Shown piece by piece: positions 1-10,663 of a stretch of DNA of 64,000 nucleotides; within the stretch, counting starts at the first letter, position 1, and each line of letters opens with the position of its first letter. Source of the stretch: an uncultured Bacteroidota bacterium (GTDB lineage: Bacteria; Bacteroidota; Ignavibacteria; UBA10030; UBA6906); the NCBI GenBank assembly GCA_963700635.1, contig CAVOYH010000001.1, forward strand, positions 32,001-96,000, given 5' to 3'. The notes under the pieces were generated by a model. It ran no database searches. It was given only the letters and a program-made list of their open reading frames with translations, and was not told the DNA's origin. The position numbers and the translations under genes were made by a program.

Positions 1-1412
1 GCCATGATGCTGATTTCCAGAAGCATCTGATGCATTGCCATTAAAAGGATAGTAGGCAATAAGCCCGGGTCCAACGCTGAACGCCGGATCGTGCCAATTG
101 CTTGCGTCCGTCAGAGCTGTGCCGTACCGATCTGAAGACGCGAAGGCCCCTACTCGACAAGTAATAACTCCCCTCTATTGCAGGCGCGTCGCAGTAGCAA
201 ACCACAGTTTTCGTAGTGCCGAGTATATAGGTTTGTGCAGATGTAAACAAGCTGACATCATATGGAGCCGTCTTGTCCCGATCCAAATACACACCCCCAT
301 AAGCTAAAACGGCTTGTGCTCCGCCGTAGCAGGATTTTTGAGTTGGATCTCAATACGTAGGCGAGTGCCAGGTTGGATCGGCCTCCTGGCGTTGTCGGGA
401 AGTAGTTCATTGGTACTGTCGAGGTAGACGCCAACGTTAGGCATGTACGGCGTGTTATGCGTATGGGAGTCAGACGTAGTCTGATTAGCGTAAATCGTAA
501 TTCCGGTCTTCTCTCCCCAGAATTGTTCTCCCCACGGTGAGATGCGATTGACATATACTCTGTAGTAATATCCTGAACCTGCGGGGACATTCACAAAGGT
601 CACCTGCGAACTCGAATATCGTCAAACCTTCGCCACCTGGGCACCGCTGTTGTTGTAGAGCACCACGCGAACGTTCACCTGGCTGTCCCCAGTTTTCAGC
701 GTCAAAGAGCGTAATCGCAAGCGTTCCTACCAAGCCCTCATTGTACAAAGCACTAATTTCTGATGAGGTCAACGCGCGGTTGTATATTCGAATGTCGTCG
801 ATCTTACCATTGAAGTGTCTGATCCCCCACTGAGAGCCGATTCTGAACGCGGTGGGTGTCTTTATCGTCGTTGAAATCGGGGATACGACCTGCTGCCCAT
901 CCACAAATGCTGAGATCGTTCCAGATTGTCTGGTTACAGTAGAAAATACCATCTATTTGTTCGGGGAACGAATAGTTCAGATGATATATGTACAGTCCTC
1001 CAGCATATATAGTCAATTCCCTACCGGTGGGTCCACTCTATGCCAAACGAAATGCCATTCCCAGTATACCCATCATCGTAACCGATCGACATAGCCGAAG
1101 CATACGTGTTACTAACCGGCAAGAGATACGGATTAATCCATGCGGCAATGGTGAATCTGTCCATGGTTATGTTGGGCACTTGAGAACAACTGATATAGCT
1201 GCTGGTTCCATTGAAGCTGTAAGCGCTGTTGGTACTTCAGTATCTATCTCCCGATAGGGTTGCTCTACTACTGTACCATTGTTACCATACAACCCACCCT
1301 CGTCATTTGCATTCCCATCAAAAGGATAGTAAGCCACGAGCCCACTAGTTGGAACTTGGGCGAAAAGTGCAACATTGAATACTAGGATAAGCGCAAGAAA
1401 GATGGCTTTCAT
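1..1412 (-). pseudogene. Secreted LamG/concanavalin-like domain protein (at least 2 LamG domains), broken by several frameshifts and running off the window start
   Basis: Signal peptide MKAIFLALILVFNVALFA, then GLVAYYPFDGNAND. The fragment at 485-952 has FNGKIDDIRIYNRALTSSEISALY. A second PGLIAYYPFNGNASDASGN reads at ~70-1. The pieces lie in different frames, so this is either an error or a real pseudogene. Confidence 0.7.
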
Positions 1413-2000
1413 GGCTGCCTCAGATAGGTTAGTACTCAGAATTGTCTGTGTTCAATCAAACGGTCGGACTAGTGCCAATCTCACGCGCTGTTCAATAGAG
1501 GATCGATAGGTCACGACGGAAAAACCTCTCCCCATCCTTCTGGACCAGAGAGGTTTCTCTTCACAATTCCCCGTCACGCCTCCCCCCCCCGGATGACGCA
1601 TTTCTTTGTAATCAAGATAGCCCTGCGACTTGGGAAAGTCAAGGTGAATCGCTATCCAGACCTTCATTCATAAGATCCTTGGAGAGAGAGCGGCTAACGT
1701 AACCCCATAAAAATCTGACAAAGTGAATTGCCGGAGAACACGCCCCCAGTATCGGTTTCTCCAGCATCTTTATCTTCGGATATCCCCGGGGGTAATATTG
1801 CGGCGCTGGCCTCGTTTGAAACTTGGTGCCATGCACGGTCCATACCTACCCCCTTTTGCCCTTCAAACCGTCGCGGAATCGCTCTTGAAGTATTTTCAAT
1901 TCTATCTGCAACAAAGTCAGTCATCGCTTACTGATATTCCGCAAACGAATCCTGCCACCGCCGAAAAACAATTCTGCTGTTGACACTGCGATTTTTTCCC

Positions 2001-2029
2001 TTGACATACTTCGCAGTAGTGCGTATATT
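2001..2029 (+). promoter_or_regulatory. Sigma70-type promoter of the Rrf2 gene
   Basis: TTGACA-N17-TATATT, 25 nt upstream of the ATG at 2055. Confidence 0.7.
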
Positions 2030-2048
2030 CAGACAAAAGAATCCGAAT
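2028..2048. promoter_or_regulatory. Putative Rrf2 operator 1 (autoregulatory)
   Basis: TCAGAC-N6-ATCCGA, an imperfect copy of the palindrome at 2515-2532, overlapping the -10 element and likely TSS. Confidence 0.55.
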
Positions 2049-2054
2049 TCACCT

Positions 2055-2492
2055 ATGAGCGTCCTCTTTTCCCGACAATGTGAATATGCCCTCCAGGCCG
2101 TTCTCTATCTTGCCCTCAAGAAAGATGGCGAGCGGGTGACGACGGGCGAGTTTACAAAAAAACTGAAGATCCCCTATCATTTCCTCGGCAAAATCCTTCA
2201 GAACCTGACGAAAAAAGGGTTGCTTCGTTCGGAAAAGGGACCCCGCGGGGGGTTCTCGCTGGGAATGCCGGCTGAAGACATAACACTCTTTCATATCGTG
2301 GACGCCATTGACGGAGCGGATTTCACGCGGACCTGTGTGCTGGGGTTTCCCGAGTGCTCGGATGAAAGACCATGCTCCGTCCATCATACATGGGGCGGTC
2401 TGCGCGAATCTATCTATACCATGCTTGTGAAAAAGAACATTACACAACTGGCCCGGGAGATGCAAAGGCCAGAGTACCAGTCAAAACGGTAA
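2055..2492 (+). CDS. Rrf2-family transcriptional regulator (likely Fe-S binding)
   Basis: SRQCEYALQAVLYLA, LLRSEKGPRGGF and ITLFHIVDAIDG motifs; three-Cys cluster C-x6-C-x5-C-x2-H. Confidence 0.93.
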   Translation: MSVLFSRQCEYALQAVLYLALKKDGERVTTGEFTKKLKIPYHFLGKILQNLTKKGLLRSEKGPRGGFSLGMPAEDITLFHIVDAIDGADFTRTCVLGFPECSDERPCSVHHTWGGLRESIYTMLVKKNITQLAREMQRPEYQSKR

Positions 2493-2514
2493 GCAGTTTT
2501 TGTCTGTTTATAAA

Positions 2515-2532
2515 TCAGACGCTATTGTCTGA
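2515..2532. promoter_or_regulatory. Putative Rrf2 operator 2
   Basis: Perfect palindromic arms TCAGAC-gctatt-GTCTGA in the AT-rich gap before the Fe-S gene. Confidence 0.6.
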
Positions 2533-2568
2533 ATTACAATGAGGAGAAGGGGAGAGAGAGAAGGGACC

Positions 2569-3798
2569 ATGCGCTTTCATGAAGAACCTCTACAGGAGAT
2601 GCCGGATACCCGCCGCACCACCACACCGATAGCTCAGCAACACATCCTGACAATCCCTCAGGTCAAGAAACGCGCGACGAACATAAAGAAAATCCCCCCT
2701 CACCTCCGGCGCGGAAAACCAGACTATAGAAACGAGACTCTCTGGTACCGGCGTGTGCTCAAACGTCTTGCCCGCGATTCACAATACCAGCGATCAGCCG
2801 TCCAGTTGGCTTTCGCGTTGCTCTGCCTCTGGATTGGCGTGGAGTTCTACTATTTTATGCAATGGGGTATGGCAGGCGGCACGGAGACGTTCGTCCCGCG
2901 CCCTCCCGGCGTCGAGGGGTTCCTTCCGATCAGCGCCCTGATCAGTCTGAAGTACTGGTGGCATACCGGTATTGTCAATAATGTGCACCCCTCCGGAATG
3001 ATTATTCTTCTGGGGATCATCGCCGCCGGCATCTTTCTTAAGAAAGCCTTTTGCAGCTGGCTCTGTCCGGTGGGAACACTGAGCGAATCGCTCTGGATGG
3101 TGGGCCAGAAGTTGTTCAAACGCACCTGGGATATGCCGCGGTGGCTGGACTACCCGCTCCGGTCGCTTAAATATCTCCTCCTGGCGTTCTTCGCTCTCTC
3201 GATTGCCGGGATGGACGTTGACGCTCTGCGGTCGTTTATCTACAGTCCGTACAATAAGATGGCTGACGTGAAGATGTACCTCTTCTTCGCTGACATCACG
3301 TCAACGGTACTCTGGACAATACTCATCCTGGTCCTCCTCTCGGTGGTGATCAAGAACTTCTGGTGCAGATACCTCTGTCCGTACGGTGCCCTGCTCGGCA
3401 TCACCGGCTGGCTCAGTCCGCTGAAGATCACCCGCAACAAAGACACCTGTGTGGATTGTGAGTTGTGCACGAAGGCGTGTCCGTCGCGTATCAACGTGCA
3501 CAAAGCCGGACGTGTGTGGAGCGACGAATGTATGAGTTGTATGGCATGCGTGGCGGTGTGTCCGGTGAAAAACACGCTGGACCTTCGGTTGACCGGAAAA
3601 AGCAAACCCATCCCCACGCGGGTGTATGGTGTTCTTGTGGCGGGCACGTTCGTCGCGATTGTGGGTCTGGCGATGCTCACCGGGTTCTGGCAGAATGGCA
3701 TCTCGCCGGAGGAATATCAGCGGCGGTTCCAAAACCTTGATGCTCCGGTCTATCAACACTTTCGCGGAGAGGTTCCGGCCTATGGCCCCAACGACTGA
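2569..3798 (+). CDS. Membrane 4Fe-4S binding protein (NapH/YccM-like polyferredoxin)
   Basis: TM helices, two CxxxCP motifs (FCSWLCP, WCRYLCP) and two CxxCxxCxxxCP clusters. Confidence 0.9.
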   Translation: MRFHEEPLQEMPDTRRTTTPIAQQHILTIPQVKKRATNIKKIPPHLRRGKPDYRNETLWYRRVLKRLARDSQYQRSAVQLAFALLCLWIGVEFYYFMQWGMAGGTETFVPRPPGVEGFLPISALISLKYWWHTGIVNNVHPSGMIILLGIIAAGIFLKKAFCSWLCPVGTLSESLWMVGQKLFKRTWDMPRWLDYPLRSLKYLLLAFFALSIAGMDVDALRSFIYSPYNKMADVKMYLFFADITSTVLWTILILVLLSVVIKNFWCRYLCPYGALLGITGWLSPLKITRNKDTCVDCELCTKACPSRINVHKAGRVWSDECMSCMACVAVCPVKNTLDLRLTGKSKPIPTRVYGVLVAGTFVAIVGLAMLTGFWQNGISPEEYQRRFQNLDAPVYQHFRGEVPAYGPND

Positions 3799-4552
3799 AG
3801 ACCTCGATATTCCTTCGTTCTACGATTGGTTGTCCCGCGACTACGACCGGATGACCGCGTTTGATCAGCGGTTTGTGCGGGAACGGCCGTTTATCAAGCT
3901 CCTCGTTGACAACTACCATATCACCAAGGCGCTGGACGCCGGCACGGGGACCGGTTTTCACGCATTACTTCTGGCGCAGCTTGGTGTAGAGGTCACTGCC
4001 GTCGATATTTCGCCGGCCATGGTTGAAGCGCTGATGCGCCGAGCGTTGAGCATGGACCTCGTGGTCACGCCGCTCGTCGCCCCGTTTCAGGATCTCCCTG
4101 CTCTCGTCACGAACCCCCAGGATGCGGTGTTCTCAATGGGAAACACGCTCGCCCACAGTGAGTCCCGGAAGGATCTCCTGTCCACACTCACGGCATTCCG
4201 GCGCCTTCTGCGCCCGGGTGGAGTCCTGTTTGCGCAGGTCCTCAATTACCGCAAGATTCTCTCAACACGCGAGCGTATGCAGATCGTCCGTGAAGCAGGC
4301 CCGACAAAATTTGTTCGATGGTACGAATATTCGGGGGACCGTATTCGCTTCCACATTACACAGGAAGAGCTCAGCACGGGAAAGATGCTGGAGGAAAAAT
4401 CCGTTGAGCTGCGTCCGGTTCTGGACGATGAACTCCGTCAGTCGTTGTCGGAAGCAGGCTTCGGTGAGATCCGGATCCATGGGGGAATCACCATGGAGCC
4501 GTTTGACGCGCTGAATTCGAAAGACTGTGTAGTCCTCGCGCTGCACCCTTGA
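3782..4552 (+). CDS. Class I SAM-dependent methyltransferase
   Basis: Motif I ALDAGTGTG, VTAVDISPAM and LLRPGGVL; start overlaps the upstream gene. Confidence 0.9.
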   Translation: MAPTTEDLDIPSFYDWLSRDYDRMTAFDQRFVRERPFIKLLVDNYHITKALDAGTGTGFHALLLAQLGVEVTAVDISPAMVEALMRRALSMDLVVTPLVAPFQDLPALVTNPQDAVFSMGNTLAHSESRKDLLSTLTAFRRLLRPGGVLFAQVLNYRKILSTRERMQIVREAGPTKFVRWYEYSGDRIRFHITQEELSTGKMLEEKSVELRPVLDDELRQSLSEAGFGEIRIHGGITMEPFDALNSKDCVVLALHP

Positions 4553-4577
4553 CACTCCGCCCCGGGGGGCGTATATT
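4549..4577 (+). promoter_or_regulatory. Sigma70-type promoter upstream of the membrane protein/archease/rtcB unit
   Basis: TTGACA-N17-TATATT. Confidence 0.65.
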
Positions 4578-4625
4578 CGATTTATCTGTTCAATCGTGTT
4601 CCGGCACTCCCCGAAAGGCGCTGTG

Positions 4626-4934
4626 ATGGCACAACACATCCAAGCGGCTACTCCTGTCTGGAAAGCCTCGATCATAGCAGCTACGATCCTCGGCGGAATC
4701 CTCTTTCTCGGTGGTATCATCCTCGCAATTCTCGGCTCAACGGCTGAAAGTGTCTTCACACTCTTCGGCAACGAATTCTCCTCTACCAGTGTGGGCGTGG
4801 CGCTGGCCTTTATCGGGGCAGTGCTGGATGTTATCATCATACGAAGGGTGTTAACGTCGGTGGATGCGGCTGGTAAAGGGGGCGGGACGCAGGGAACCCG
4901 TGAACCCGACAAGAAGCCATCCGGCTCTTCGTAA
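4626..4934 (+). CDS. Small membrane protein, hypothetical (2 TM)
   Basis: Two hydrophobic segments; lies downstream of a promoter and 9 nt before the archease gene. Confidence 0.65.
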   Translation: MAQHIQAATPVWKASIIAATILGGILFLGGIILAILGSTAESVFTLFGNEFSSTSVGVALAFIGAVLDVIIIRRVLTSVDAAGKGGGTQGTREPDKKPSGSS

Positions 4935-4943
4935 CCTCCATCC

Positions 4944-5363
4944 ATGGGATCCCCCTTTACACTTCTTGCCCACCCCGCAGACGTCGGCATCGAGGCGTGC
5001 GGGACCACAGTGGCGGAAGCCTTCACGCATGTCGCCGATGGACTGATGTCCCTGATCGCCGACCCATCAACCGTCCGGGGGAGCTTTTCCAGGGAGATCA
5101 TGCTGGAAGGGTCCGACTATGAACATCTTCTGCACCTCTGGCTTTCGGAAATACTCTATCTTTATGATGGTGAACGATTCATGGCACATCGCGCCACAGT
5201 GACGGCCATAACGCCCACGCACCTTCGTGCGATCATCGTTGGCGAACCGCTCGACCCGGCACGGCACATCCTCCGGACTGATGTGAAGGGGATCACGTAT
5301 CATCAACTTGCGGTCCGCCGCAGCGGCACAGAGTGGACGCTCCGGGTCTTTGTGGATGTCTGA
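4944..5363 (+). CDS. Archease
   Basis: [24 protein letters not shown] and C-terminal VDV motifs; adjacent to rtcB. Confidence 0.93.
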   Translation: MGSPFTLLAHPADVGIEACGTTVAEAFTHVADGLMSLIADPSTVRGSFSREIMLEGSDYEHLLHLWLSEILYLYDGERFMAHRATVTAITPTHLRAIIVGEPLDPARHILRTDVKGITYHQLAVRRSGTEWTLRVFVDV

Positions 5364-6780
5364 TGATACAGTCAATCGATACATACCGCCACCGCATTCC
5401 CACGGCCCTCAAGAAAGGGATGCGGATCGACGGGCTGATTTACGCAGATCGTGTGTTGCTCAAGGCGATTGAAGCAGATCAGACCCTCGAACAGGTGGCC
5501 AATGTTGCAATGCTTCCGGGACTTGTGGGCCAGTCTCTGGCCATGCCGGATGCCCATCAGGGGTACGGGTTCTGTATCGGTGGTGTCGCCGCATCGGACC
5601 TGAAAGAGGGGGTGGTGTCGGCCGGCGGAGTGGGTTTTGATATCAACTGCGGCGTCCGTCTCCTGGCCTGCGAAATGGATCCCGGGCATCTGCGTGCGCA
5701 TCTTGAGCCCCTTCTTGCTACATTGTTCCGGGACATTCCCGCGGGCCGGACGAAAAGTCCGGTTGCCATCTGGCAGAGAAGAACTGGAAAATGTGCTGCG
5801 AAAGGGGGCTCGCTGGACGATCGAAAGGGGATACGGAGAGGAAGCCGACCTCACGCGCATCGAAGACCACGGCGTGCTTCCCCGGGCAAATCCGGATTCG
5901 GTGAGCAGCAGGGCAAGGGACCGAGGTCATGAACAGATCGGCACGCTGGGATCCGGAAATCACTTTCTGGAGATCCAGGCCGTCGAGGAAATTTTTGATG
6001 AACCGGTCGCACGTGCATTCGGGCTCAGCAAAGACCAGATCGTGGTACTCATCCACAGCGGCTCACGGGGGCTGGGACACCAGGTGTGTACTGACGCTCT
6101 CGATTATATGCAGCGGGGGATGAAGAAGTACGGCATCAGCGTTGTGGATCGCCAGCTTGCCTGTGTTCCGATCCACTCCGAAGAAGGGCGTGCGTACCTG
6201 CAGGCCATGGCAGCCGCCGCGAATTTTGCGTTTGCAAACCGGCAGATGATGACCCACCGCGTTCGGGAATCATGTAGGCGAGTGCTCGGCACGTCGGAGA
6301 TCCGGGTCGTGTATGACGTGTGCCACAATATCGCCAAGCGGAAGCCACACATCGGTGGACGGGAAGCGCGACGGTCCTCGTCCACCGCAAAGGTGCAACA
6401 CGCGCTTTCCCCGCTTTTCACCCCGCTCTCCCGGACGATCTTCGACCGGTGGGGCAACCCGTGCTGGTTCCCGGCAGCATGGGAACTTCGTCGTATGTGC
6501 TGGTGGGGACGGACCGGGCAATGCAGGAGACCTTCGGCTCCTCATGCCATGGTGCCGGCCGTGCAATGAGTCGTACACGAGCCAGGAAGGAAACCTCGCC
6601 GGACGCGTTGAGGCAGATGCGACCAGCTCGGTATTCAGGTGCTTGGGCGGAGTAACCGGTCTCACCGAGAGAAGCGCCGAGGCCTACAAAGACGTCGACC
6701 GCGTGGTTGACGTGGTTAACGGAGCCGGACTCGCCCGCAAGGTCGCCCGGCTCATACCCCTTGCAGTCATGAAAGGATGA
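5363..6780 (+). pseudogene. rtcB: RNA-splicing ligase RtcB, frameshifted near ~5750, ~6340-6370 and ~6600-6680 (likely sequencing errors)
   Basis: [66 protein letters not shown] and AYKDVDRVV are all present but spread across three frames. Confidence 0.9.
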
Positions 6781-7220
6781 TGATGAAAGAGATTGACCCG
6801 CGGATGCATACGGCCGAACACCTGCTCAGCGGCACACTCGTCTCGATGTTCGGCATGGAGCGTCCGTTTACCACACATATTGAAAAGAAAAAATCCAAGG
6901 CGGATTACCGCTTCGACCGCACCTTGACGGATGACGAAGCCCGCGCCGTCGAGGAACAGGTAAACGCGCTTATTGCCGCCGACCTTCCCGTTACCGAAGA
7001 ATTTCTCTCCAGGGAGGAAGCGGAGCTGACCTTTGATCTTTCCCGCCTTCCTGACGCTTCGGGCGATCGTGTCCGGGTTATCCGGTGCGGGGATGCTGAT
7101 ACCTGTCCGTGCAGCGGCCCCCATGTACGTTCCACGGGGGAGTGCGGCAAAATCCGATTGATTTCATGGTCCTACGAGGAGGGTGCATTACGCGTACGTT
7201 TCAGGTTGGAGCGACCATGA
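6780..7220 (+). CDS. Free-standing alanyl-tRNA editing protein (AlaX-like, tRNA_SAD domain)
   Basis: Zn-binding HxxxH (MHTAEHLL) and CxxxH (CSGPHV). Confidence 0.85.
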   Translation: MMKEIDPRMHTAEHLLSGTLVSMFGMERPFTTHIEKKKSKADYRFDRTLTDDEARAVEEQVNALIAADLPVTEEFLSREEAELTFDLSRLPDASGDRVRVIRCGDADTCPCSGPHVRSTGECGKIRLISWSYEEGALRVRFRLERP

Positions 7221-7572
7221 CACGCTCTGCCGCCATGATCGTTGCCGGGATGTTACTTATCGTCATGGGGACGGGAGCAGACCCCGGTACGGACGCGGGG
7301 CCGGATCCCGTCCGGAATGTGGCAATTCTGACCGAAGAAGAAGCTCTGGTGTACGAGGTGACCTGGACGCTGTAGATTTTCCGGTAAGGGCAATCAAAGT
7401 GGAAGGGAACACGACGGTCGTCGGTGTGTTCGGGATGTCCGGAGATTTTACAGGATGGTTCAGTGATGATGCCAGTGCGGTCCCGCTCCGGGGGAAGTTG
7501 AAGGTCCTTCTCGGATCCGTTACCATGGAGCTGGTACGCTGGAACAAAAAAAGTTGGCGACCGCCACAATAG
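7217..7572 (+). pseudogene. Internally deleted secreted protein (DUF3108-like)
   Basis: Signal peptide and EEALVYEVTWTL stop at ~7375; a C-terminal piece GVFGMSGDFTGWFSDDASAVPLRGKLKVLLGSVTMEL follows in another frame with the middle missing. Confidence 0.5.
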
Positions 7573-7581
7573 CAAAACGAC

Positions 7582-8995
7582 ATGCCTCCCCATCTTGATA
7601 TCAACGCCGTTGGTGATCCGTCCGGAGAAAAACACCGGGTTGCCCTGACTTCGGTCCTGGCCGCAATCTTCATAACCGTGCTGAAGCTTGTGGTCGGATT
7701 CGAGACGAACAGTCTCGGTCTTCTGTCGGAGGCGGCGCATTCCGGGCTGGACTTTCTGGCCGCATTGTTAACGTTATTTGCCGTGCGCGTGTCCGGCCGT
7801 CCGCCCGACAAAGAGCATCAATACGGTCATGGAAAGATTGAAAACCTCTCTGCGTTTGTCGAGACCCTTCTTCTTGTCCTCACATGCTCGTGGATCATCT
7901 GGGAGGCGATTGACCGCCTGATCAGCGGAGAGACACACGTGGAATCGTCGATGTGGAGTTTTATCGTCATTGGCATCGCGATTGTCGTGGATATCAGCCG
8001 GTCACGGGCGCTCAAGCGCGTTGCAATAAAGTACCGGAGTCAGGCCCTGGAAGCGGACGCCCTGCATTTTTCGAGTGATGTCTGGAGTTCCCTTGTTGTC
8101 CTGTTCGGCCTTGGTGTTTGTCCATTTCGGATACATGTGGGTGGACTCCGTGGCGGCCATTGTTGTTGCCATACTCGTCCTCTTTGTCAGCTACCGTCTG
8201 GGGAGGCGGACGATCGACGCGCTTATGGATCGGGTGCCGGAAGGAATGTACGAGGAGGTGTTGAGAACCGTGCGCGATGTGGAAGGTGTGGAGGATGTCC
8301 GCAGTATACGTATGCGGCCTTCGGGGCCAAAGGTGTTCGTGGACACGACCGTCGCCATCCGGCGGACGACCCCATTCCAGCTTGCGCATGGTATTATGGA
8401 TAAGGTTGAGAAAGCCATTCATGATCGGCACACGAATGTGGATGTTATCGTCCACGCCGAACCGTTTGAGAGTAGTGACGAAACGATCGCAGACAAGATA
8501 CGCATGATTGTTGTGAGGAAGGGAATCCGGCCGCCGCACAATCTGGAGGTTCATGACAGGGATGGACGCCTTCATGTGGAGTTCGACGTTGAGTACGCCG
8601 CCGGACTGCCATTCGTCGAAGCGCACAAGATGGCTGATGAGGTTGAGGCAGACATTCGCCGGGAACTTCCGTCTGTAAAGCATGTAACGGTGCATCTGGA
8701 AGAATATCTTCCGGGTCAGAATGAGGTCGTTCCGCGTGCTGAAGATGACACATTACACCGGGAGATCCTCAACTTTCTCGGATCGCAGGAGGACGTCCGC
8801 GCATACAGTGATGTGCAGGTCCTCTGTGGCGAAGATCTTTGCACCTTGACGCTGACCTGCGTCTTTGACCGGTCGTTAACCCTCGCAGAAGTGCACCGGC
8901 AGGTGTCACAGCTTGAAATCCGGCTCTACGACCGGTTTTCGGACATCCGGAAAGTCACCGTCCATGCCGAACCCGCGCCGGAGCGACCGGAATAA
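7582..8995 (+). CDS. Cation diffusion facilitator transporter with extended, repeated C-terminal dimerisation domains; one frameshift at ~8110
   Basis: SLGLLSEAAHSGLD, HQYGHGKIE and ADALHFSSD motifs; repeated V-x-V-H-x-E domain ends (VIVHAEP, VTVHLEE, VTVHAEP). Confidence 0.88.
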
Positions 8996-8996
8996 G

Positions 8997-9025
8997 TTGA
9001 CCTTCCCTCCCGTATTCCGTATCAT
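8997..9025 (+). promoter_or_regulatory. Sigma70-type promoter of the cytochrome unit
   Basis: TTGACC-N17-TATCAT followed by an AGAGGA RBS. Confidence 0.6.
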
Positions 9026-9048
9026 CGGGTAACTCTCACGAGAGGATT

Positions 9049-9519
9049 ATGAAAACATTCTTCAAGATCGCACTTATTCTTGTTGTTGCGGTAGTGGCTG
9101 TGCAGTTCATAGGGAAGCCGGAACGCACAAATCCACCGGAAGATGTCTCGATGACCCTCGTCAACCGGCTCACGGTGCCGGACACTGTCCGCGCCCTGCT
9201 CGACCGGGCATGCATGGATTGCCACTCGAACCGGACCCGCTGGCCATGGTATAGTGCCGTCGCGCCGATCTCATGGGCCGTGGCCCATGATGTGGAAGAG
9301 GGAAGGGAGCATCTGAACTTTTCGGCGTGGGGGACGTATTCACAGAAGAGGCAGGCGTCACGCCTGGAAATGATCTCTACCGTTATCGACAAGGGTGAGA
9401 TGCCGCTCAAGTCGTACCTGCTGTTCCATCCGGATGCGGAGTTGACTGAAGTGGAAAAGGACTTGCTGTGTGTCTGGGCGGAGGAGCAAAGTGACAGTCT
9501 GATGTTACGTGAAAAATAA
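9049..9519 (+). CDS. Haem-binding domain monoheme cytochrome c (Haem_bd type)
   Basis: N-terminal anchor, ACMDCHS, TRWPWYS, GREHLNFSAW and distal EMP motif. Confidence 0.88.
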   Translation: MKTFFKIALILVVAVVAVQFIGKPERTNPPEDVSMTLVNRLTVPDTVRALLDRACMDCHSNRTRWPWYSAVAPISWAVAHDVEEGREHLNFSAWGTYSQKRQASRLEMISTVIDKGEMPLKSYLLFHPDAELTEVEKDLLCVWAEEQSDSLMLREK

Positions 9520-9541
9520 CAGTTTCGAAAAGGCCACCACT

Positions 9542-10654
9542 GTGCGCACCTACCGCGGTATCCTCATCCTCCTGGCAGTTATCGTGTTCGCCATGGCAGA
9601 TCTACACGGTCTGCCACGGTTTGCCGCCCGGACCGGATCCAAATGCCAATCGTGCCACGTGAATCCTTCGGGTGGTGGCATGCGTCAGACCTTCGGTGCA
9701 CAGTATGGCCGGGAGGAACTTCCGGTTCCCGGCTGGTCACAGGAATTTGAACTTGAAGACGTGACAACGCTGCTTACGAATGTGCTTGGCGTTGGCGCGG
9801 ACTTTCGGACGTTGTTCTACGTGCGGGATATTCCCGACTCAACCGGCACAACTGCAAGATCTGAAAATGCCTTCTGGCAGATGCAGGGTGATCTCTACCT
9901 GAACTTCCGGATTACGCGCAAAGTGAATTTGTATCTGAAGAAGGGACTGTACAGCGGGTTTGAAGTGTTTGGCCTGCTGAACGTTCTTCCTCAAAACGGC
10001 CATGTGAAGGTCGGCAAGTTTATTCCAAACTATGGAATGAAAACGGACGACCACACGGCATTTGTGCGCACGCATACGGGGTTCAGCCCCGCGACGGGAC
10101 GGCCTGAACTGACCGGTCTGGAAGGCGCGCTCTCGCCAGGTTCAACGCATCTGACCGTCGGGTTCTTTAATGCTTCGGACGCATTCGGGGGGGCGGAGAG
10201 CAGAAAAGCGTTTCTGGGTAGGGCCGAAGGCATGTTCAAAATCAGTGAGCATGTCTATGCCGGATTCGGCGGCAACGTTTTCCACAAAGAACTTCAGCAG
10301 GATGGCGCGTCCACCCTGTACGGCGGATTTGGCTCTTTGAGTGCCGGGGATCTTACACTCCTCGGTGAAGTGGATCTGATCCGGACAAAAGGGCCGGGCG
10401 GAACCACATCGGGCATTGTCGCCTATGGTGAAGCGAACTACGTTGTGACGCCGGGCGTGGATCTGAAATTTGCCTATGATTTTTATGATCCGGACAAGGA
10501 CTTGAAATCGGGAGCACTAACGCGATACAGTTTTGGATTTGAGTTCTTTCCAATAAGCGGAGTCGAAGTGCGGCCGATGTACCGTATTCTTGTCGAGGAG
10601 CCGGTAAACGTCAAGAACAATGAGGTACACATCCTTTTCCACATCTATCTGTAA
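9542..10654 (+). CDS. Monoheme cytochrome c-porin fusion (Cyc2-like architecture)
   Basis: Signal peptide, LPRFAARTGSKCQSCH, then amphipathic beta-strands ending in HILFHIYL. Confidence 0.7.
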   Translation: MRTYRGILILLAVIVFAMADLHGLPRFAARTGSKCQSCHVNPSGGGMRQTFGAQYGREELPVPGWSQEFELEDVTTLLTNVLGVGADFRTLFYVRDIPDSTGTTARSENAFWQMQGDLYLNFRITRKVNLYLKKGLYSGFEVFGLLNVLPQNGHVKVGKFIPNYGMKTDDHTAFVRTHTGFSPATGRPELTGLEGALSPGSTHLTVGFFNASDAFGGAESRKAFLGRAEGMFKISEHVYAGFGGNVFHKELQQDGASTLYGGFGSLSAGDLTLLGEVDLIRTKGPGGTTSGIVAYGEANYVVTPGVDLKFAYDFYDPDKDLKSGALTRYSFGFEFFPISGVEVRPMYRILVEEPVNVKNNEVHILFHIYL

Positions 10655-10663
10655 GGAGACTGT

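Noticed and set aside
1817-1832. Minus-strand TGGCAC sigma54-like site
   Set aside because: The -12 element reads TTCA, lacking the conserved GC
1452-1983. Short ORFs between the LamG and Rrf2 genes
   Set aside because: Overlapping, motif-less ORFs on both strands with no support for coding
5740-6680. Programmed frameshifting or an intein in rtcB
   Set aside because: Multiple irregular indels with no slippery site; total length is normal and no intein motifs are seen
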